Positions 25,209-38,993 of a stretch of DNA of 64,000 nucleotides are shown piece after piece (the first letter of the stretch is position 1; every line of letters begins with the position of its first letter). The notes under the pieces are model-generated. The model had not been told where the DNA came from and did no database searches. It was given only the letters and a program-made list of their open reading frames with translations. The DNA comes from Ancylonema sp. (Eukaryota): NCBI GenBank assembly GCA_050230475.1, contig JBFLGF010000044.1:1-64000 (forward strand). The letters run 5' to 3'. A program made the translations under genes and the position numbers.

Positions 25209-27846
25209 NAACAGGCTGTCACTATACACTGTATAGTGACATTTGATAAATCGACAATAGGCAAATGTCACTACATCGAGAGGAAGTGAAATCCAGGTCG
25301 ATATTTTTAAGGGAGGTGGCCCATTTAAACGGCTTTTGTTATAACATCCTCTCGCTATAGTAAAACATGTCTACATGACTTATGTTGGAACCATTAAAAA
25401 AAACGAAATTAGAGTGGATTAATGAAATTAATTTACGCGTCACAATTTGGGTAAAAATAATTCTTGCGGAATATTACGCATTAAAATATACAGTTTATTA
25501 CAGTGAGATAAGTATAGGAGACGTAAAGGAAGAAGTCTTTCAAGAATAAACAAATGACTGACACAAATGTAGGTGGGAGAAATTTAAGACATGTTGTCGG
25601 CGGATTGGATTCAGAATGGCGTAGTCCATGATACGTTATACCATAGTTGGTCCCCGAGCCGGCAGTTTTGCAAGCCGGCTCGGATCCGGCTCGCGCGCGA
25701 GCGGAGCGGGACTTAGGGGGGAAAAAAAATGTTATTCTTATGTATACATGTTTTTATAATAACCCACCTTCATTCAAAGAGAACGCTGTACGATTTGACA
25801 AAACTGCACGTGTAAAAACTTAAATATTAACCAACTGCCAGATGAAGAGCTCGATTCTTAGTGGACGATGGGTATTGGGAGAATCTAGGGCCTCCGTGGC
25901 ATGCGTTTATGTATTTAGCATACGAAGGCATGGTAAAATTAGTTTTTGTAGGGTTTATTTTCCTAGTTCAAAAACTTCGGAAATAATTATTTCTTGTGTA
26001 GCTTTTCAACGTGCATCTATAGAAAATGTCATGAAAATGATTCGTCAAGCCATCAATGAATGAAAACCCAAAAACTGACGTGCTCACTCAGTTTTTTTAA
26101 GAAATTTGGACTGAGTACTTTTTGCTCCCACTTTCCCAACACCATCATTAACATTTAGAAAAAATAATCGATGATATCTTTTACCATTTTCGCATGTACT
26201 GAATTTCAACATTGCTCACATATGATTGAGAGTGGTGGCAATGTTACAAAACGATTATTCATCCAAAAGTGAACATTGTACATTTTTCAAGTTACAAGTT
26301 TGAACAGATCATTCACCATAATTATCAAACGAATTTGTAATAAAAACTCTAATATACATATGCAAATATCACATATCACATGCATAATTATTCGGCAAAC
26401 TATTACTTCTACCTACTCATGCCTTCGCCTCATCCACGCATACCCTAGTTTTTCCCATTTTCCCACCAAATACTGAAAACTTGTTATTGTAGCATCCTAC
26501 CATCCTTATGCTTCCTTTCTATATACTTTTTGAAATGTTTCAAACACCAAGCGCGTCACAAGTGGTTCCCAGGTATAACACGTAAGGCTTTAAAAATTAA
26601 AAAAAAAACGCAAAAGGCTCTTCGAAAATTACCCGCCAATTTTTTTCCCCTAAGAACCGCGCAGTCCGTCCCGGTCCGCTTCTTGGACCAGAGCGGACCT
26701 CGGTTCCAGAATTTGATTTTGCCGGTTCGGGTAACTATACCTCCGAAACCCGTCCGCCAACTTAAAAACGGGAATAGGACGACAAATAGGTGGTGGACAG
26801 TCTACTCGAGAGTCTGTGTCTGTCAAATCCGGTGTTGTTCAAGAAAATTAAGAGATTCTTCAGCAAATCTCTCAAATCTTCTGACAACTCGGGAATCAGA
26901 CGGCATCGGGGGAGTGGGACGAGGTACTGAACGATTCCCCACGATGTTCGTGACGTATTGCCGGAAGTTACCTGCTTGGCAGGGGAGGATTTGTACGCAG
27001 TCGCATTTCAATGTTTCGTTTTGCTAGGGGGGTCGGGGCTGCGAGCCGACTCGGAACCGGACCCGAAAATCCGTGAGGGGAGCGGGCCCCACTGTGTTGT
27101 ACCGACTTCTACACAACGTACATAGGATTTCGGATAGGTCACAAACCCGCTTGTTCGCTAGCAATAAAGTGAGAGTAGAAGCGATCACCCTTTTTTCACC
27201 TCTACTACAAATTAGAATGCTAGGGTGTATCACCTATGGTCATGGTCATGGTTCATATTTGTTTCACAAGGATCATCTCCCCCCCGCCCCTCCCTACCCC
27301 GCTTGGTCGGAATGGTGACTTCCGAATATACAAGAACAACGAACGTGTCAAGTATCATTGAAGTACATATTGATAGAAACTATCCGAAAGAAAACAAAGA
27401 GTTCTCTAGTTCTGAATTGAAACTGGCTTTTGATGAAACCAGTTCCATCTCGGAACCGTTTCGGAGTTGTGCAACCCCTACCTAATCGGGCCTAGAACAT
27501 AACTACCCACAACACTTCCCATTATTTTAGTAGCGATCGCGTCCTAAAGAAGTATCATAGTGACAAATAATATTTGGACCTACTTAGCAAATGTCATGAA
27601 AAAATATAAAAGAATGGAGAGAATAGAGAGTACACTAAACTGATGTTCGCAAACTTGCGTGCACATGAATGTGTCTACCATTGTCATTATTCTCGCATGT
27701 TTCACCGAAAACAAGCCCATTACACAAAGCGGAACTACAAGGAGATGCAAGCATATGGTACAAGGGGGAATGAAAACAAAGAAAGTAACAAAGGAAGTTT
27801 GTGGCATGTTTTTTTTTCTCGTGAATGTCCAATAAGTGACCGCTCC

Positions 27847-30311
27847 TCACGACGTCACTCGTTCAACACACTCATATTGCTTGGAGGCACGCTTCCACGA
27901 GCACGTTGTCTCCCTCTTGTCATGTCGCAGTGGCGTCGATCGCTCCACGTTGAATGTTGCAACGCTATTCTGTTGCAATGCTAGTTGTTGGGGCGCCGGT
28001 GTCGCCTTGGAAGCCACACTGCCGCTCTCTACCTTAATCTCCACGTGGTCGGAAGGGAGGGCCTGATGAAGAACATGATGTACATGAGGGCCGGCAATGA
28101 AGGAGTTGTAGGTGGAGGCAGAAATGAAGAAAGGATTCACGGCCTGAATGCCCACTTGGCGGAGCGGGCACGACTTAAAATTGTCGAACTCAGTGTAGAG
28201 GGGGGAGGAAGGGTTGTCGATTCCCCAATCGCCGTTGGCAAAGTCGTTGAAGAGAACGCTTGTGTTGGCGTAGTTTGTTACTGCGAATGTGNAATCGTCG
28301 AGTAAATCCACCGTTTGAGTTGAGATGCTTGGCATCTTTTCCTCGGTTTGCAAAGGCCACCATTCAGTATCTGCTAACTCTTCTTCAAGAGTTTTCGAGC
28401 GTAAGTGCACAAAGAATGCATGAGCCCCTTTCCTTGATGCTTTGAAAAGTTGCATCGATGATAATAAAGGAGAGACTGGCTTTTCTTTTTGAGGCTGGCT
28501 TGCAAACAATGTGATAAAGCGCAATCCTTTGTTTATTCGACATGTTTTTTGGTTCCAAAGTCTAAAATAGCATTATGTCGATTCATCTATTCTAATCCAA
28601 GAATAGAGTCAATATACGGTGCTAACTTTAGCACATTGAAAACGACTTCGCCATGATAGGCTCCCAATTTCATGTGAATATTGAATTTTTCCGATATATC
28701 ACTTTCACTACCATCGCCCAAAGTGACACTCACTTTGTTATTAGTATCGATGGCAAAATTGTGTAGGCGTACAAATTCCGCACTTATGAAGTTCTCGCTA
28801 GCGAGGGTATCCAACGATATCGATATCGGGATCCTTGCAACTTGNAATGAAACTGGACACGAAGAGAGACCTCTTATGATTTGGCACGAAGTGACAGTTG
28901 GTGTGGAGGAATCCCCACAGGTAAGAACGGAAACCTAATTTGGCGACTTACTGGTTGGGGGTGGGGACAAGGGGGGTGCAGGGGGGTGGGGTGGCCTTGG
29001 GGGGGGGGGAGACGGGGGGGGGCTAGGGGGAGGAGGGCGTGGTGGCGGCGATGGACGAGGGGGGGGAGGGGGGCTGGGGGGAGGAGGGGAAGGACGGGGA
29101 GGGGGAGGGGAGGGGCTAGGAGGAGGGGGAGGATTGGGGGGAGGAGGGGATGCAGCCCCAGTTGTACCCGCCATGTTGTTCACTCTCACAGGGACTGATG
29201 GAGGGGCCTGATGAAGGATCTGAAGCACATGAGGGCCTGCAAGGGAGGAGTTGTAGGTGGAGGCGGTGATGGAGAAGGGGTTCACGGCCTGGATGCCCAC
29301 TTGGCGGAGCGGACACGACTTGAAGTTGTCGAAGTCGGTGTAGAGGGGGGAGGAAGGGTTGTCGATTCCCCAATCGCCGTTGGCAAAGTCGTTGAAGAGA
29401 ACGCTTGTGTTGGCGTAGTTTGTTACTGCGAATGTGTTCATGTCATAGAGGTAGTCGAGTTGGTAGTTGGTGTAGTTGTTGGCGAGGCTCATGACATGAG
29501 AGTCACGGAGGAACCAGTTGGCCCACTGATTCCCTCTGTCTATCACGATGGTCGATATCGAGTTCTCGGTCACCAACCCGCTGCAATTCCCCGTCACACT
29601 CGCGCTCGGAAAAGGCGTGGGGTCCACTTTGTGAGTTAGCGGACTCGTGAAGGTGCCGTCGTTGACCGGGTTACAGCTGCCGGTTACTCCGTTCCACGTA
29701 ACCGAGGTCCGGGCGCAGAAGTTGACGAGCCAAGGGGCAGCCTGTTGCCATGCGGGAGAAGGCATGTAGACTTTGGTAAGGTCATTCGCCCAAAAAGATC
29801 CCGGGTCGTTGAGGCAGTTGTTTTGGAAATAGTTTTGGTTAGAGATGCTTCCCGCGACCGCGCTCGCGCTTCGGTTGGAGGTGATGATGAGACTCGACAC
29901 CTTGTTCCTGTTACAAGGGAGGAAAATGGAGTGATAAGTGCCCGTCTCTCACGGAATAAGATACAGTTTTGTTTCGGACTGTTACCTAAAACGAAGTGGA
30001 AGCATAGAAGACAATGAAAATGAGCCCTGTGCTAAAATGGAGACCCTGCGGTGAAGGGTAACAACGCAGACATCTTTCCTCACCTTTTCCCTGTGTTCAG
30101 CTTCACTCCATTGCCGACGTTGATGCACGCTCCCCCCTCGACCGTGATGCCCGAGGTGGCATAGTCGAAGTAATAGCAGTGACCGGGTACAGTGGCGTAG
30201 TTGCAACTGAACACGTTACCTGCAAACATCGTTTTTGTGACTGGGATGAGATAACCTCTCAAAGGTGGTGATGGTGATCAACATGATGATGAAGAAGATG
30301 ATGATGATGAC

Positions 30312-30352
<41 letters not shown>

Positions 30353-32448
30353 CGATGACGATGACGATGATGATGATGATGGTTTGTAAAAACTATTGAG
30401 GTTCAACCATCATAAAAAACCTCGGATCCTAACATTTAAAAAACCTCGGATCCTGCAGTTACACTACTGCAAATGACAGTAAAAATAAGGGGGTCACACA
30501 AAACCGATCGAACGAATCTTACCGACACTCGTCCAGTGCGTGTCAAAGTAGAAGGCAGCTCCATCATCGCTGAAGTTCACAAAGCTTTCCACCACCACCT
30601 TGTTGTTGGTCACAGAGTTCATGAGGCAGTCCCCTGTCGCGTGCACATTCAATCCGCACATCACTGCCGCAAAAGTGAAGTTGTGGATGTAGTTGTTGGC
30701 GACGGTGACGCCCACCGCGGCATTGGTGAGAACAACCCCTGCTGAGCCACCTGAAACATAGCAAAAAGCATGGAGCATATGCTCAGCACACGGAAACAAC
30801 CCGGAAATAACCCGGAAATAACCCGGGAAAAATCCGGAAATCACTGCCATGTGGCCCCAACTTCGAATGGCATCTGAAGTAATGGTTCCCCATCAAACGG
30901 GTCGTCAGGGTACAAAATGACACGTCATCGCGTTGCCCTTCCCATTTCTTTGGTTTTTTTATGGCAACATGTCACCTCTCTCCATCCCCATACGTGCACG
31001 ACTTACCACGAATCAGAATGATCTCTACCTACATTAAAAAGGGAGTCGGTTTTCCGATAAGAAAAACGGAGGAAATGTACGCACCTGATATGTCAGAGTT
31101 GGAGATTGTGACATTTCCTGGAGTAAGCGTCACTCTATCGCCGATAGTCCTCATCTGCACGCTTCCCGAGCATTGCAGGCTGGCGCACATAGAAGGGCTG
31201 ACGATGGTCATCGAATCAAAAAGCGAGTTGGCGACTCGGACCACGTCCAGCCGTCCGTACGTAGAGCACTGCAGATAAGGAAAAGTAAGAAATGCCATGA
31301 GCCAGAGTCCTGAAGGGAGTCATTGGACAGGACTACGTGTCACCATCACACGTGTCACTAACACGTGTCACTTACACGTGTCAGAGAATTATAGAACCCT
31401 GTCCCCATGCCCATGCATGAGAGTCCCAGCCCCACCTCCAGCCCTGACAGTAACCCTGGCAGATAAACCAATCGCGTATCAAACAGTGGTACCCCAAAGT
31501 AAAGTCGAATGAGCTTACCCCAGACATCTGGATTCCCCAGCTGCGAGCCACGTGGACAGCCGGGCACAGCTGCCGACCTGAAAGATCTGGGGCGCCTGCG
31601 CAAGCGCTTGTGACGTTATGTGCGGGGTAGTCCCCGTTGAAGGGGATGTAGAAGTTGAGGTTCTGAACCAAAACATTGTTGGTACGAATGATGCCCAAGG
31701 GAAACACGGTGTCATTCACGGAGGTGATCCAGATGGCAGGGCCTGACAAGTTGCGTGGCTTCAGAATGGTGCACGAGTAGGTTGAGCCGAGGATGAGGGG
31801 CGAAGAGAGTGTGAGGTTGTTGGCAAACTGGAGGACCACACTCGTTGTATTGGAGTAGGTCAGACGTTGTGCCACGTCAGCGACGGTGTAGATGTTGATG
31901 TAGGTGAGGGAGGCGGAGCAGGGGCCTTTGGTGGGGATGGGATCTGTATTTGCAAAATCAGAAGATATGCGAGAGTGAGAAAGGGCGGACAGGCGAACGA
32001 TGATGCACAAACAGGAAGAAAGGTAGTGATGAATGATAACGACAGATTACGGCACAGGATGTGACACTGAGAAGGACATGAAGCCGGAGAGAAGAGCGAC
32101 CGCTTATGATTTGGCACTTAGTTACAAGTTGAGCTGTTGAGTAAATCAGAGTACAGGTAAGGCGCATGACGTAATTTGGTGACTTACTGGTGGGGGGAGG
32201 GGACAAGGGGGGTGCAGGGGGGTGGGGTGGTCTTGGGGGGGGGGGCGATGGAGGAGGGCTAGGGGGTGGAGGGTGTGGTGGCGGCGATGGACGAGGGGGT
32301 GGAGGGGGGCTGGGGGGAGGAGGGGAAGGCCGGGGAGGGGGAGGGGAGGGGCGTGGGGGGGGAGGGGGGCTTGGGGGGGATGGGGAGGGGCGTGGGGGGG
32401 GCGGGGAGGGGCGTGGGGGAGGCGGGGAGGGGCGTGGGGGAGGCGGGG
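27847..32448 (-). CDS. Putative secreted chimeric extensin-like (Ser-Pro rich) / right-handed beta-helix protein with two tandem modules; exons 32448-32188, 31943-31519, 31268-31085, 30750-30523, 30219-30084, 29907-28952, [gap], 28291-27847; 5' end unresolved
   Basis: Phase-consistent GT-AG splicing, SPPPP/RPSPPPP blocks, many NxT/S sequons, and beta-helix-like text (VTISNSDISG, GVTVANNYIHN, DDGAAFYFD..GNVFSCNY..YYFDYATSGITVEG). 28291-28055 is a diverged copy of 29431-29200. Confidence 0.75.
28293..28844 (-). pseudogene. Retrotransposon aspartic protease fragment on a short N-bounded contig
   Basis: LDTLASENFIS...V.LGDGS...D.ILGLE retropepsin pattern. Confidence 0.8.
30271..30381. repeat. 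(GAT)n microsatellite, intronic
   Basis: Read directly. Confidence 0.95.
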
Positions 32449-34757
32449 CTGCATGCATGCGGAAGTCCAGTATGAGAATTAATGGACTTGCCGGTAAGAT
32501 TTGTTGATGGCATCATTTACCACTTACATTCGGAACCACTTACATCCACTAACATCGTAACCAACTAGTGGGTGTATCTTTCGGGCAACTCAAAGCGCGC
32601 CCCCGGTTTCCGCGCCCCCGCCCGCTGCCAGCACGGCGGTCATGGTGATAACGCTTCGTTCCGATGTATATTATGAATAGGTCACCACTATCTATAGAAG
32701 TATCATTCATTTCGACCGGGCGTCCGTACGCTTATCTTTTCCACGAGGAGCCACAACAGCGGCAGATTCTAAAGACATGCAAGATGGTGAGAGATCCTCT
32801 TGAATGGTGACACATGCGACTAATGTCTTCCTTACCAGCGCTAGATGTCGCGACTCATTCTGGGCTGAGACAAATAAACAGTACCAGAACAATCGCGGTA
32901 TACAAGCGGACGGACATGATTTGGTGGGCAACGCTCCAGGGCTCGTGGCCAATCAGTGGCGAACTTCCCAGCGGGTGCACCTCTTACTTCATTTTCAATT
33001 CGTGGCAATGCTAGCCTGCAGAATGAAGTGCTGGGCTGGATTCAATTTCCTTCGCAGCGGGATTGAAGACCCTGAAATAGTTGCCTAGACACCGAATACG
33101 AACTACGATTCACTACTTCGGATGAAATGTGTTATTCAAAGCTGTACATGGGTTTCCACAGCGGGGCGAGTACGATCTACTGTACGTAGGCTGCTGGTTG
33201 TTTCGGCTGCTCATCGAACGAACAAAGCAAGTCCTATACCACCAGACGGCAGGCGTAAGTTGTTCAGAATGAAGTAACGAGCTGAGTGCTGAGCTGAGTG
33301 CTGAGGGATGCCCTCATTGCTGTTGGCGCTTTGCTATGTGAAACGGCAGTGGACTTGATGGACACTTCTTACACGCGCGTGAGAGACATGTCCGGCCCGA
33401 CCTTGCCATGTGCAATATTCCAGGAGATAAAATCAGGGAGAGGATACCAGCTCGTGAGAACGAGAACGAGCTGATCGAGAACCCCATTCGAAAATACTAT
33501 GGAGTCTTCATATTGTTGGCCAATCATAATTTTTGAATCGTCATTTGAATCGCAGTCGGAGGCAACAGACGGCAGTGATATTATTTCTTTGGCTGTATTT
33601 GATCATCAGTGTGAACGGAAGAAGGTATGCCAGCTGCGGGCCGGGCTCATTAAACAGCGGGGACTACTACTTTCTCGTCCAGAGCCGACAAAGTTCCGAC
33701 TGAAAATAACTCCTACTTAGTCATCATCATTTAATCCACCGTATAGTACGGCGGTAATACGACATATTTCCGCTACACGTAGCGCAATAGCAAGACTTGC
33801 AGCGTTGGTTGAAACTTGGCATCGTCGTTTTCGACTCGCTCGCGGTAGGGAGATGCTACCCCTTGCCGATAGACTACCGATTTTGGTGCCAAGCCTGGTG
33901 GGGCATCGGAAGTCAGCTAGGATGCTGTAGGGAATCGGTTGAGACGCGATTTTAGAAGCGTGAACTTCTAATTCGAAGTTACAATCGTAAAAAAAAGGGC
34001 TCTCTACTTCGACAATCAAGGATCGAGGATCGACCAAACACGAAGGATAGACACCAGTGCATTGTGGATTTCATCAAAGCTTCATGTCCATTTGCAGTTC
34101 AATTTTGATTTATCAGTGGTACTCAAAGAATATGACGTATCGAATGAGATCGAAGACGTCACTACGTATGATGTCACAAGTGCCACGTCACTTGCCCATA
34201 TACCGTAGTTGCCATACATAATGACCCGGGTTTTCATAAATGAATTGTTTTACAGCATATTTTTGGCTAATGAACCACCATTCAACCCACCCGCGCACCC
34301 AATATAAAATTTCCCAAACTTCTGAACTTTATATATCGTATGGTGACCCACATTATGGAATGATCCACTTTTTACAAAAACAAAATACCCAACCCGCCCT
34401 CTTATAGTTATTTGAGTGTCATTGTGTATACCCAGTACGGTTTCTTGCTCCAAAAACCGAGATCTAACGCAAACAGATATCAAGCATGCATCGTACTTAT
34501 CACATGTAAGAGAAGCTACTTAAAAGTACAACGTGTATCGCAACATATCATATACACATATGTTTCAACTCATTATCTGAAGCAATCTCACCAATTGTGA
34601 AATTGTTTGTTATCTTTCACATCTACGCGTTGATGCTTTTACTTGGCCAGCGTTGTCATTTTATCGATTCGTTGACGCTCGAACTGAGCCATCTCTATTT
34701 TATCGAGAACCATCGATTTGATACTGAAGAACCTATATCCTTACCGGACTCTCCAGA

Positions 34758-35506
34758 CATGGTTGCACCCATACGGCAAAAAAAACTACGTACGCCGTAT
34801 GCCATTACATACGCCGTATGCCATACTTTTGCCAGCCATACGTGGCGCTTCCATTCGGCTACAAACGTTCGGGCAAAATATTCATATTGAAAATTTAATT
34901 TCACGGATATGGGTGTTCAAGAAATGATCAACCCGTAACCGTACGTGGCACACCTAAGCTTTGTGCCTACATTAAAAGTATAGGCGTAGGTGTTAACAGT
35001 GTACCTTAGATCGGCATTTTCATAAATGTACCTATGCTACATGCTATTCGTATGGGGTTTGGATAGATACTTGAAGGCGAGTGTATGTACTTACTTAATG
35101 TTCGTATTTAATACTGAGCCAAATTGATTTATTCCCTCTCACACCAAGCATGAGAGCACTAGATTTAAAAATAAATAGATGGAATATGAAATGAAAAGGA
35201 GGCGGAGTTTGAGATAAGAAATTTCATTTATCATCATTTCTTAGAATATTGAAGATATATTAATCAGATAAAATAACTTCAAATATAATGGATGGATACA
35301 ATTAACCTTTAAAAAAAAAAAAAAAAAAACAAAAAAGACGCAGCATAATTTTCGAATTGGAAGATGTGTACCGAAATTTTTTAGAACAAAATTAAAATTA
35401 TAAATAAAAAACAAGCCGTATGGAAAACTACATACGGGAAGGATCATGTATGGGCCGTATGAAAACGGCTGTATGCAAACGGCAGCCGCGTATTGGTGCA
35501 ACTATG
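34758..35506. mobile_element. Non-autonomous hAT element (749 bp)
   Basis: TIRs CATGGTTGCACCCATACG / CGTATTGGTGCAACTATG; exact 8-bp TSD TCTCCAGA at 34750-34757 and 35507-35514; CCGTATG/CATACG subterminal repeats. Confidence 0.9.
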
Positions 35507-35789
35507 TCTCCAGAAGCTTCACCACCTTGGACACCTCTATACACACCTTGGAAATTGACCAACATTGAACGAGAAAAAAACCACCGTCAACGAGAAATCC
35601 TATAAGTAGCGATGGCACCTCTTGTGTGGGCTGAACTATGTTTATCAATCCTACATTTCAACCATGCCAATTTTAGCACTACCACTTACCATATAACTTT
35701 TCCCACCACAGTTCCTCACAAATGGACCCAGACCACTTTACTTCATACCCTCGTGTGTTGTTGAAACACAACTTCTCTACAAGTGTTCC

Positions 35790-36040
35790 GCACCTTGGGG
35801 GGGGGCGGGGGGGGTGAGAGAAACCGAGCCCTCTTGTGTATCATCCGAGACTACGTGAGCTACACCGGAAAGTGATGAAGCCCCATATGAGCCATCTCCG
35901 AGACTAGTAACCTTCTAAACCGGAGCCATCGAGTACCTGTCAAGACCCATCGCCTATCGAGACAAAACCTACACGATTTATTAGATCCCCTAAAGACCAG
36001 CCGACTCCAAAACGCGAGTCAGGCCAACCCGGTTGGGGCG
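35790..36040 (+). mobile_element. PPT plus LTR start of an element related to the PHD-integrase family
   Basis: CACCTT-G-run-TGAGAG (LTR start 35815) resembles the junctions at 45499 and 48782(-). The motif GCCGACTCCAAA..GCA/GAGTCA is shared with ~38106, ~45681 and ~48597(-). Confidence 0.6.
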
Positions 36041-36419
36041 AACTCATTACCCCCTTCCCTATATTTGCGCCTCGTAGGCTATACCGTGGTAAGGCAATTG
36101 GGTGGAAGGGGGAGAGGCGAAGTCGCCACTCCGTCTCTGAGGCCCCAAATTCACGAATGGTGTTTGGTTTTTGTAAGTTCGATAGTTTAAAGTTGACCCC
36201 GCTTCGGGCGGAAATGAATTAATTGGGGCGGGTAGCGGGGCGGGAGTTCTTTCCCGAACCAAAATACTCTACTGGCGAGAATTAATGACCCGGCAATTAT
36301 TCCGAGAAGGGTGGGTCAGTGGAAAATAAATTGGTGAAAGGGTGGGCATTCTATACGTGGGTCATAGATCATTATTGAACTTCACTAATTTCGAAAAGTT
36401 TATTTTGAGCGCGCGGGTG

Positions 36420-36634
36420 AGTCATTTAGAGGGTCAACCACGTTAATCAATTGTTGTTTTTCAAATCCGGGTCGCTCTCTGTGGCTTGTCGGTATGTGAG
36501 CAAACACTAAGGGCATTAGTCATTTAGTCATTTAGTCATTTAGTCATTTAGAGGGTCAACCACGTTAATTGATTGTTGTTTTTCAAATCCGGGTCGCACT
36601 CTGTGGCTTGTCGGTATGTGAGCAAACACTAAGG
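36420..36634. repeat. Tandem duplication of a ~93-bp unit separated by (AGTCATTT)n
   Basis: AGTCATTTAGAGGGTCAACCACG...GAGCAAACACTAAGGG occurs twice. Confidence 0.9.
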
Positions 36635-37264
36635 GAATTGAGTCTCTTCGGCGTTATCAACGAAGGTCAAGTGGTTCAACACAAATCCGCAACGCGGATC
36701 CGAGAAACTCGCAAATGTAAATGAACTTTTCGCCGACCATGCGGGATGGGGCCAAGTACGCGATAAATGAACCGTCAATACAACCCTTTGGCAANAAAAC
36801 ACATGGTTGTGTACCACATATTTTAATAAAGCTTTGAGTTTTAAATTGAATACACGCACGACCAAATCTAGACGATCACTAGGTACCTGACCGGGTAATA
36901 ACGCTTCTACAATTTTAGGCTATTTCGCATTACACGTCATAGTGACAAACAAAGATGGTTTCCCTTTGGCGCGCACTATACCTATACCTATTTGGTGCAG
37001 CATGTAGGCAGCGTACTACAGTAAAGAGGCATGCCTACGTCCACGTCTTGACAACCATAACAAACCAAAACATGTTAGAGTACATCAAAACATATGTTGA
37101 TGCAACAAGCCATGCATTGGTTGATTGCATACCATCAGGCTGAACCTCTCCGTCGTCCGTTGCATTCGGATCTGCACACGTGAGTTACTGCCCAATTGAT
37201 GTCAAATCAAGTTTTTTTGAAGTTGAGATCGTTTTGAACCTACGAGAAGGGCGTTACAAGGGGG

Positions 37265-37748
37265 TATGTGGATGCCACCCTGGCTACCCGTGCGGAAACA
37301 ACAACACGTATTGCAAAGGGTGGTATGCAGAGTGGCATGAGTTGATGTGTTGGTGCCCCCCAATCGAAAAGCTATTTGGCGAACTTCGAGGTCCTCTCCC
37401 TCATCACAGGTATGATTGCGGCTACTTCATCAGAAGAGGGCACGTTATATCGCCTTGCATCCACATTCTCGTCTGCAACCCATGCGAACATGAAAAAATG
37501 TGAAAAACATATGAAAATTGGAGAGAAACCCATTTTGGCGTTACGATGAAACATTACGTGGCTCCAAAATTCCGAGGCGGAGGGGTGCAGTTTCTGTTGG
37601 ACGGATGGTGTGAATATTTCGCACATGCCGGTTGTGGCGGTGAAGCATTGTTGTCAATCCCTCCATGATCCCCCGATTGAGATTCGACATCACGCCCAAT
37701 CGGAAATCAATGGCGTTGTCATACATGTAGATTTGCGCATACTCGGAA
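37265..37748 (-). pseudogene. Helitron Rep/helicase N-terminal fragment
   Basis: YAQIYMYD, MLHRHNRHV, RRYNVPSSDEVAAIIP and HSAYHPLQYVLLFPHG*PGWH are typical Helitron RepHel motifs; frameshifted. Confidence 0.85.
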
Positions 37749-38477
37749 NATATATATGTCATGATCTGTATTGAGCATTTCACTACATGGGTGGAACTCA
37801 TACCACTCAAGGATAAGTCTGCCAAATCAACAGCCAACGCTCTTTTGTACAATGTTCTTTCCAGATTTGGTGCACCCGGATAAATCCTCACCGATCAAGG
37901 AACAGAATTCGAAGGATCGTAACACCTAGTTCTCAACAGAGACTCAATCTGCAACCCAATTTAGTGAGTGCAACAGAGCCCTACTATGTCTACTATCGAC
38001 ATTAACACCAAGACCAGTAAAGTTATACACCAACGAAGCTTATCAATAAGACAACAAACTGATAACCATATAACCTAGATACCCATCAACAACCTCATGA
38101 TGAGCAGCCGACTCCAAACCGCACGTCAATAATACACCACACGGACGGTACTCGGAAGTATCATGTAAAGAGTATCATGTGTATATCCAAGTGGAGATTT
38201 GTAGAGGGAGATGAAAGTTTTTTGTTGGTGCTTTTAGTGTTTTTTTTGTGGATGGCGGTGTCCGTTGCCATATAACGTAGTTGGCCATGACCGATGAAGT
38301 GCATGAAACGATGGCTTTTGCAATGTGGCATTAATTGGGCGACGATATTTAAGTCATGGCTATGTATGTTAAGAATTCCACACGAACGATACCTAGTTTA
38401 ATTGTGTGGAGATGAAACGCATGAAATTAAAAATGAAATGTTGCACATTTTCAACAACTTTCGCATTTAATAAACTA

Positions 38478-38993
38478 CACTCAAACCCCGAAATAAGAAA
38501 CCCAAAATTGTTGGGGAAAAGTTTCTTGTAGTGTATATTTCTTATGCTAACGATTTCGTATGATGATTCATATAACGAGGTTTGAACATGTTTGTGCATG
38601 CCTGCCGTCAAATATATAAGCGTGCGATTTTTTTTTTTGTACATGTGGACGTGCAATCCTTGAATAGGAGGACCTAATAAGTTTTCGTGATAATATTTGC
38701 ACTCGGGTTTTGCGCGTAATTTTCTTTTTCCATGCGGTTGCGAGTATTAGGTAAGAAAATTAATATAAGAAGTACTGATTCATGAATATATTTATCAATG
38801 AATACTAATTTAGAGGGGTTTTACCTTATGTAAGAAACCCGTAGCAATAGAAATTGGAAAGTTGTGTTTCTTATATAGGAGTTTCTTATGCTTACATTAG
38901 GGGAGTTTTACCCAAGTAAAATAATGTTGAGAAAAAAAATCATTTTAGCGAGGAGTTTCTTATATCGAGGTTTTTTGTATCGGGGTTTGAGTG
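38478..38993. mobile_element. Tc1/mariner-superfamily (pogo-like) MITE, 516 bp
   Basis: TIR CACTCAAACCCCGA / TCGGGGTTTGAGTG, flanked by TA on both sides. Confidence 0.85.

Noticed and set aside
27847..28524. 225-aa ORF suggesting a retroelement/host fusion protein
   Set aside because: It reads through the N at 28292, joining two unrelated contigs.
37541..37891. Single 116-aa ORF
   Set aside because: It crosses the N at 37749; only the part below the N is Helitron-like.
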